IMG/VR virus record: IMGVR_UViG_3300037840_000096
Strand: one strand, 5' to 3'
DNA length: 20,000 nucleotides
From: an uncultured virus (IMG/VR IMGVR_UViG_3300037840_000096)
Lineage: Duplodnaviria; Heunggongvirae; Uroviricota; Caudoviricetes
The notes beneath the pieces were generated by a model that was not told where the DNA came from, did no database searches, and saw nothing but the letters and a program-made list of their open reading frames with translations. Numbering within the stretch: the stretch's first letter is position 1; the number at the start of each line of letters is the position of its first letter. A program made the translations under genes and the position numbers. Positions 16,682-20,000 of this stretch are shown piece after piece.

Positions 16682-16758
16682 GGCCTCGTGGTGTAATTGG
16701 TAGCAGCCCCTGCCTTAATCAGGCTCGGGCGGTGTTGGTTCGACTCCAACCGAGGCCC
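16682..16758 (+). tRNA. Atypical tRNA (best-paired anticodon UUA, ochre-suppressor-like; identity uncertain)
   Basis: Acceptor GGCCTCG/CGAGGCC; D loop AATTGGTA; T arm GTTGG-TTCGACT-CCAAC; anticodon arm CCTG-CCTTAAT-CAGG; 9-nt variable region; no CCA. Confidence 0.75.
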
Positions 16759-16760
16759 TT

Positions 16761-17798
16761 ATGAAAAACTCAGTAGAACAAGCAAGGAGAGAAATGTTCC
16801 AGCACTCCAACGGCAAAGTCCCTATGGGATTTGATCCTGTCCTCTCTATTGGTTTGACTCTGGGAAACCTGGGGATCTGTGGCAAGACCAACGTAGGACT
16901 GGCTAAAGGAAAAATATACCGGCTCCAGGGCCGCTCCCAGAGTGGGAAGACTTTTGTAGCTAGAACCATTCTGGCAGAGGCTGCTCGAAGCAAGGTGTTC
17001 GACGAATATGAACTAATCTACGATGATGTAGAGCGTGGTGCCCTGATGGACACCGAAAAATACTACGGAAGAAAATTGGTAGAGCGTCTGGTTCCTCCTG
17101 ATGGCACTCCAGACGATCCCATGTACTCCGTAACCGTGGGGGATTTCTTCAAGCGTATCAACTTCCTTCTTGCCCAAGGCAAAAAGCTCATCTGGATCGA
17201 GGACTCTCTGGATTCCCTGGAGCCCGACAACGCTACCAAAATGGGAGATGGCAAAGCCAAGGTCTACTCCCAGGAGCTACGGAGATTGCTGAAGCCTTTG
17301 GATGAGACGGGAAGTATTCTCATCCTGATCTCCCAGGTTCGTATGGATATCCGCTCTCCCTGGGGAGGGGATCTGGCCTCTGGTGGTATGGCCCCGGAGT
17401 TCTACTCCACTCTGGAGATTGTGCTTCGTAAGCTAAAACCCATAAAGAAAAAGTATAAGGACGTGGACTATATCACCGGGAGTCTGGTGTCCTGTCGTAT
17501 CAAAAAGAACCGAATCTCTGGCCGGGACAGGCTCATCAAGTTCCCATTCGATCCTGAAGTGGGGATAGACGACGTGGGAGCCAACGTGGACTTTCTGTTG
17601 GCCTCCAATCACTGGAAGAAGAACAAAGCTGCTAAGGTCATCCAGGCTCCAGAGTTCAACTTCACCGGGGGCAGGTCTGCTCTGGTGAAGAAAATAGAGG
17701 AAGAAGGTGTTGAGAGGGAACTTCAAATCCTGGTAGGCAAGGTGTGGCGGGAGATCGACGAAGCCCTGACAGTCGGGAGAAAGAATCGGTACGAGTAG
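16761..17798 (+). CDS. recA: RecA/UvsX-like recombinase
   Basis: LSIGLTLGNLGICG, Walker A GRSQSGKT, IWIEDSL, ILISQVR, SGGMAPEFYS, IKKNR; alternative start ATG 16794 has the stronger SD (AAGGAG). Confidence 0.92.
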   Translation: MKNSVEQARREMFQHSNGKVPMGFDPVLSIGLTLGNLGICGKTNVGLAKGKIYRLQGRSQSGKTFVARTILAEAARSKVFDEYELIYDDVERGALMDTEKYYGRKLVERLVPPDGTPDDPMYSVTVGDFFKRINFLLAQGKKLIWIEDSLDSLEPDNATKMGDGKAKVYSQELRRLLKPLDETGSILILISQVRMDIRSPWGGDLASGGMAPEFYSTLEIVLRKLKPIKKKYKDVDYITGSLVSCRIKKNRISGRDRLIKFPFDPEVGIDDVGANVDFLLASNHWKKNKAAKVIQAPEFNFTGGRSALVKKIEEEGVERELQILVGKVWREIDEALTVGRKNRYE

Positions 17799-18146
17799 AT
17801 GGCTAGAACCTCCCCAACCCAGCGTAGCTTGGCCCTCCTTCGGCGGGAGGGCTACACATGCCAGGTGGTGGAGTCATTCAATGCCTACGCTGGTCGGAGG
17901 ATAGACCTGTTCGGGGTGATAGACATAGTAGCTGTAGGACATGGGCACATACTTGGAGTACAAACAACCACTGGCTCCAACCTGTCTGCCAGGGAAGCAA
18001 AGTCCCTATCAGAACCGAGGCTGTTGGAGTGGCTTCGTGCAGGTGGTCGTTTCGAGTTGTGGGGCTGGCGGAAGGTTGGTCCCCGTGGTAAGCGTAAGAC
18101 CTGGCAGGTTCGCCGGGTTGAACTTCTGGAGGTAAACTTCTCATGA
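17799..18146 (+). CDS. PD-(D/E)XK nuclease, Holliday-junction resolvase-like
   Basis: LRREGY...DLFGVIDIVAV...GVQTT is an Hjc-like pattern; adjacent to recA. Confidence 0.7.
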   Translation: MARTSPTQRSLALLRREGYTCQVVESFNAYAGRRIDLFGVIDIVAVGHGHILGVQTTTGSNLSAREAKSLSEPRLLEWLRAGGRFELWGWRKVGPRGKRKTWQVRRVELLEVNFS

Positions 18147-18925
18147 AAACTCAGATCCTGGACTACGGATACCTCGAATACATCGAGCATTGGGGCTCGG
18201 ATGAGCGAGTGATCGAAGCCGCTCGCATGTCTACGGGCAAGGGATTCCTTGGCTGGGGGCCGAAAGAGGAAGCCTGTCCAGAATGCTCAGGGGCTCCTCA
18301 CATCTACGAACACGAGAACGCGAAGACCTGTCCAGGATGCAGAGGAACGGGGAAGAAGCCTGGAGACGAGAAACTACTCAGGTTCCTGAACGAGAAGAAG
18401 CACACCACTCCCTTCGAGATGGCGGGACTCGTGCTGGAGGTGCAGGCTCCCATCATGGTGTTCCGGGAATGGCACCGGCACCGGACCCAGAGCTACAACG
18501 AAATGTCCGCCCGTTACACCCCTCTCCCAGACGTGAACTACGTTCCCACTGTGGACCGTCTTATGATCGGTTCAGACGGTAAGAACCGTCAAGCAGGTAC
18601 GGTGTCTGGAGCGGAGGTGCTGACCCGTCAAATGGCTGAACTGTACTGTGCTGAGTTGCAGTACGTCTGGAAGCAACAAGAGGAGTTCTACCAACGCTGG
18701 CTCAAGAATGGCGTGCCTAAAGAACTAGCCCGTGCCCATCTTGGAGTGGGTCGCTACAGTCGAATGCGTGCCTCTGCCAACCTCCTGAATTGGCTGAAGT
18801 TTCTCACGCTTCGCATGGCTCCAGATGCCCAATTCGAGATTCGCCAATTCGCCAACGCGGTTGGGGATCTGATCTCCCAGCACTTCCCCCGCACCTGGAC
18901 TCTATTCGTAGAGGGTAGGCAATGA
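18143..18925 (+). CDS. thyX: Flavin-dependent thymidylate synthase with zinc-finger insertion
   Basis: AARMS, HTTPFE, ThyX motif REWHRHRTQSYNEMSARY, KELAR, AQFEIR. Confidence 0.95.
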   Translation: MKTQILDYGYLEYIEHWGSDERVIEAARMSTGKGFLGWGPKEEACPECSGAPHIYEHENAKTCPGCRGTGKKPGDEKLLRFLNEKKHTTPFEMAGLVLEVQAPIMVFREWHRHRTQSYNEMSARYTPLPDVNYVPTVDRLMIGSDGKNRQAGTVSGAEVLTRQMAELYCAELQYVWKQQEEFYQRWLKNGVPKELARAHLGVGRYSRMRASANLLNWLKFLTLRMAPDAQFEIRQFANAVGDLISQHFPRTWTLFVEGRQ

Positions 18926-19311
18926 GTGACTTCCCGCTGCACGATGAGTTGAAGCTACCTCACCCCCGGCACCCAGGACACAAAGGATTCCTGGATCTCC
19001 TCATGGAGATGAGGGCTCTCCACATCAAAAAATGCCAGGACTACGGAATCAAGGATGATCCTCTCCTCAACCTTCGAGCGTGTGCTGCGGCTGGCCTGGA
19101 ACCGTGGAAAGGATGCTGGCTCCGGGCTCTGGACAAGGTCACACGGATAAACGTCTTTTGCCAAAAGGGCAACCTGGAGAACGAATCTGTGGAAGACTCT
19201 CTCCTGGATCTGGCAGCATACTGTCTCCTGGCCTTGACGCTGAAGCGAGAAGCCGATGCTCGAAAAGCTGCGGATGCAAAACTGGCAGAACCACCAGGAG
19301 AAGGTAGTTGA
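18922..19311 (+). CDS. Nucleotide-modification-associated domain protein (DUF1599/Nmad1-like, MazG-like all-alpha fold)
   Basis: KKCQDYG...RALDKVTRI...NESVEDSLLDLAAY. Confidence 0.75.
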   Translation: MSDFPLHDELKLPHPRHPGHKGFLDLLMEMRALHIKKCQDYGIKDDPLLNLRACAAAGLEPWKGCWLRALDKVTRINVFCQKGNLENESVEDSLLDLAAYCLLALTLKREADARKAADAKLAEPPGEGS

Positions 19312-20000
19312 GTTTGATCCCCAGGTGACGGTGATTGTTGGCGATAACGATAGCGGCAAAAGCGCTATTCTTCGGGCTCTCCGTTGGATAGCGTTTGATG
19401 AGTGGGATGGGATCGCCAACGAACACATCACCTGGGGAGAAGACTCTTCTGAGTGCATACTCTCCCTGGACGGTCACGAGATCACCCGGTACAAATCTGT
19501 AGATGGAAAGAACCTGTACTTCCTGGATGAGAAGAGGTTCGCCGCCTTCTACCCCGATGTTCCCCAACCCATAAAGAAGCTCCTGAACTGTGGCCCTGAC
19601 AACTTCCAGAACCAGGACGACCCTCCCTTCTGGCTGTCTCTGACTTCTGGCCAGGCAGCCAGTGCCCTGAATGAAATCTTCCACCTGGAAGATATAGATG
19701 CTGCTCTGGACTCTGCTAGATCAGAGGTTCGGAAGATCGGTTCTCGGGTGCAGGTTATGAAAGAAAATGTGGTCCAATTCCAGGAAGAGGTTCGCAAGCT
19801 GAAGTGGGTGGACAAAGCCGACAAAGCTCTCAAACAGATAGAGACTTTGGAGCGACTGGTCCACACTCAGGAAGAGAACATAACCTCTCGCACCCTTCAG
19901 ATTCAGGAGGTAGAGGAAGCTGAAGGCAAGATGTGGACACTCAAACGTAGGATCAAGTTAGGTGAGAAGGCTCTGCTCCGAGGGGAGCGGTTAGCACAAC
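19256..20000 (+). CDS. SbcC/Rad50/gp46-like recombination ATPase, 3'-truncated by the window edge
   Basis: My translation from ATG 19256: MLEKLRMQNWQNHQEKVVEFDPQVTVIVGDNDSGKSAILRALRW (Walker A), Q-loop NFQNQDDPPFWL, then coiled coil; open to the end of the window; not in the ORF track. Confidence 0.88.
   Translation, partial: MLEKLRMQNWQNHQEKVVEFDPQVTVIVGDNDSGKSAILRALRWIAFDEWDGIANEHITWGEDSSECILSLDGHEITRYKSVDGKNLYFLDEKRFAAFYPDVPQPIKKLLNCGPDNFQNQDDPPFWLSLTSGQAASALNEIFHLEDIDAALDSARSEVRKIGSRVQVMKENVVQFQEEVRKLKWVDKADKALKQIETLERLVHTQEENITSRTLQIQEVEEAEGKMWTLKRRIKLGEKALLRGERLAQ

Larger units (their letters stand above)
922..19850. repeat. Dispersed 13-bp motif SCAAAGTCYCTAT, 18 exact copies on both strands
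   Basis: 12-bp core starts, + strand: 923, 1840, 3678, 5235, 6213, 7890, 8737, 9208, 10101, 10509, 15529, 16814, 17998. On the - strand (ATAGRGACTTTG): 2224, 4265, 12287, 13037, 19838. Near-matches: 577(-), 2359, 8500, 13750. Confidence 0.95.

Noticed and set aside
922..19850. Motif interpreted as a CRISPR repeat, REP/MITE or repeated peptide
   Set aside because: It is only 13 bp with irregular 0.4-2.5 kb spacing, unrelated flanks, both strands and several reading frames, which fits none of these

Overview
This window is the replication, recombination and nucleotide-metabolism module of a large tailed dsDNA phage (or prophage). All credible genes are on the + strand and tightly packed. In order they encode: a ribbon-helix-helix protein (partial), DNA primase, two tandem XRE-HTH paralogs, a lambda-O-like protein, DnaB-like helicase, NDT-like protein, ParB/Spo0J-family protein, GroES, beta-type sliding clamp, a family A DNA polymerase split into a UDG+3'-5' exonuclease gene and a polymerase gene, dCTP deaminase, DnaX-like clamp loader, UvsY-like protein, gp32-like SSB, RecA/UvsX, PD-(D/E)XK nuclease, ThyX, a DUF1599/Nmad1-like protein and an SbcC/gp46-like ATPase (partial). 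The strongest unexplained signal is an asymmetric 13-bp motif, SCAAAGTCYCTAT. I found 18 exact copies plus 4 near-matches by eye, on both strands and roughly one per kb. Fifteen lie inside unrelated genes in four different codon registers, and three sit directly upstream of parB, groES and ssb. Other unusual elements are a parS-like palindrome upstream of parB, a structured RNA region after parB (H-type pseudoknot, long hairpin, 96-nt non-canonical tRNA-like cloverleaf) and a second atypical tRNA whose best-paired anticodon is UUA. Functional calls come from recognising motifs by eye; no database searches were run.
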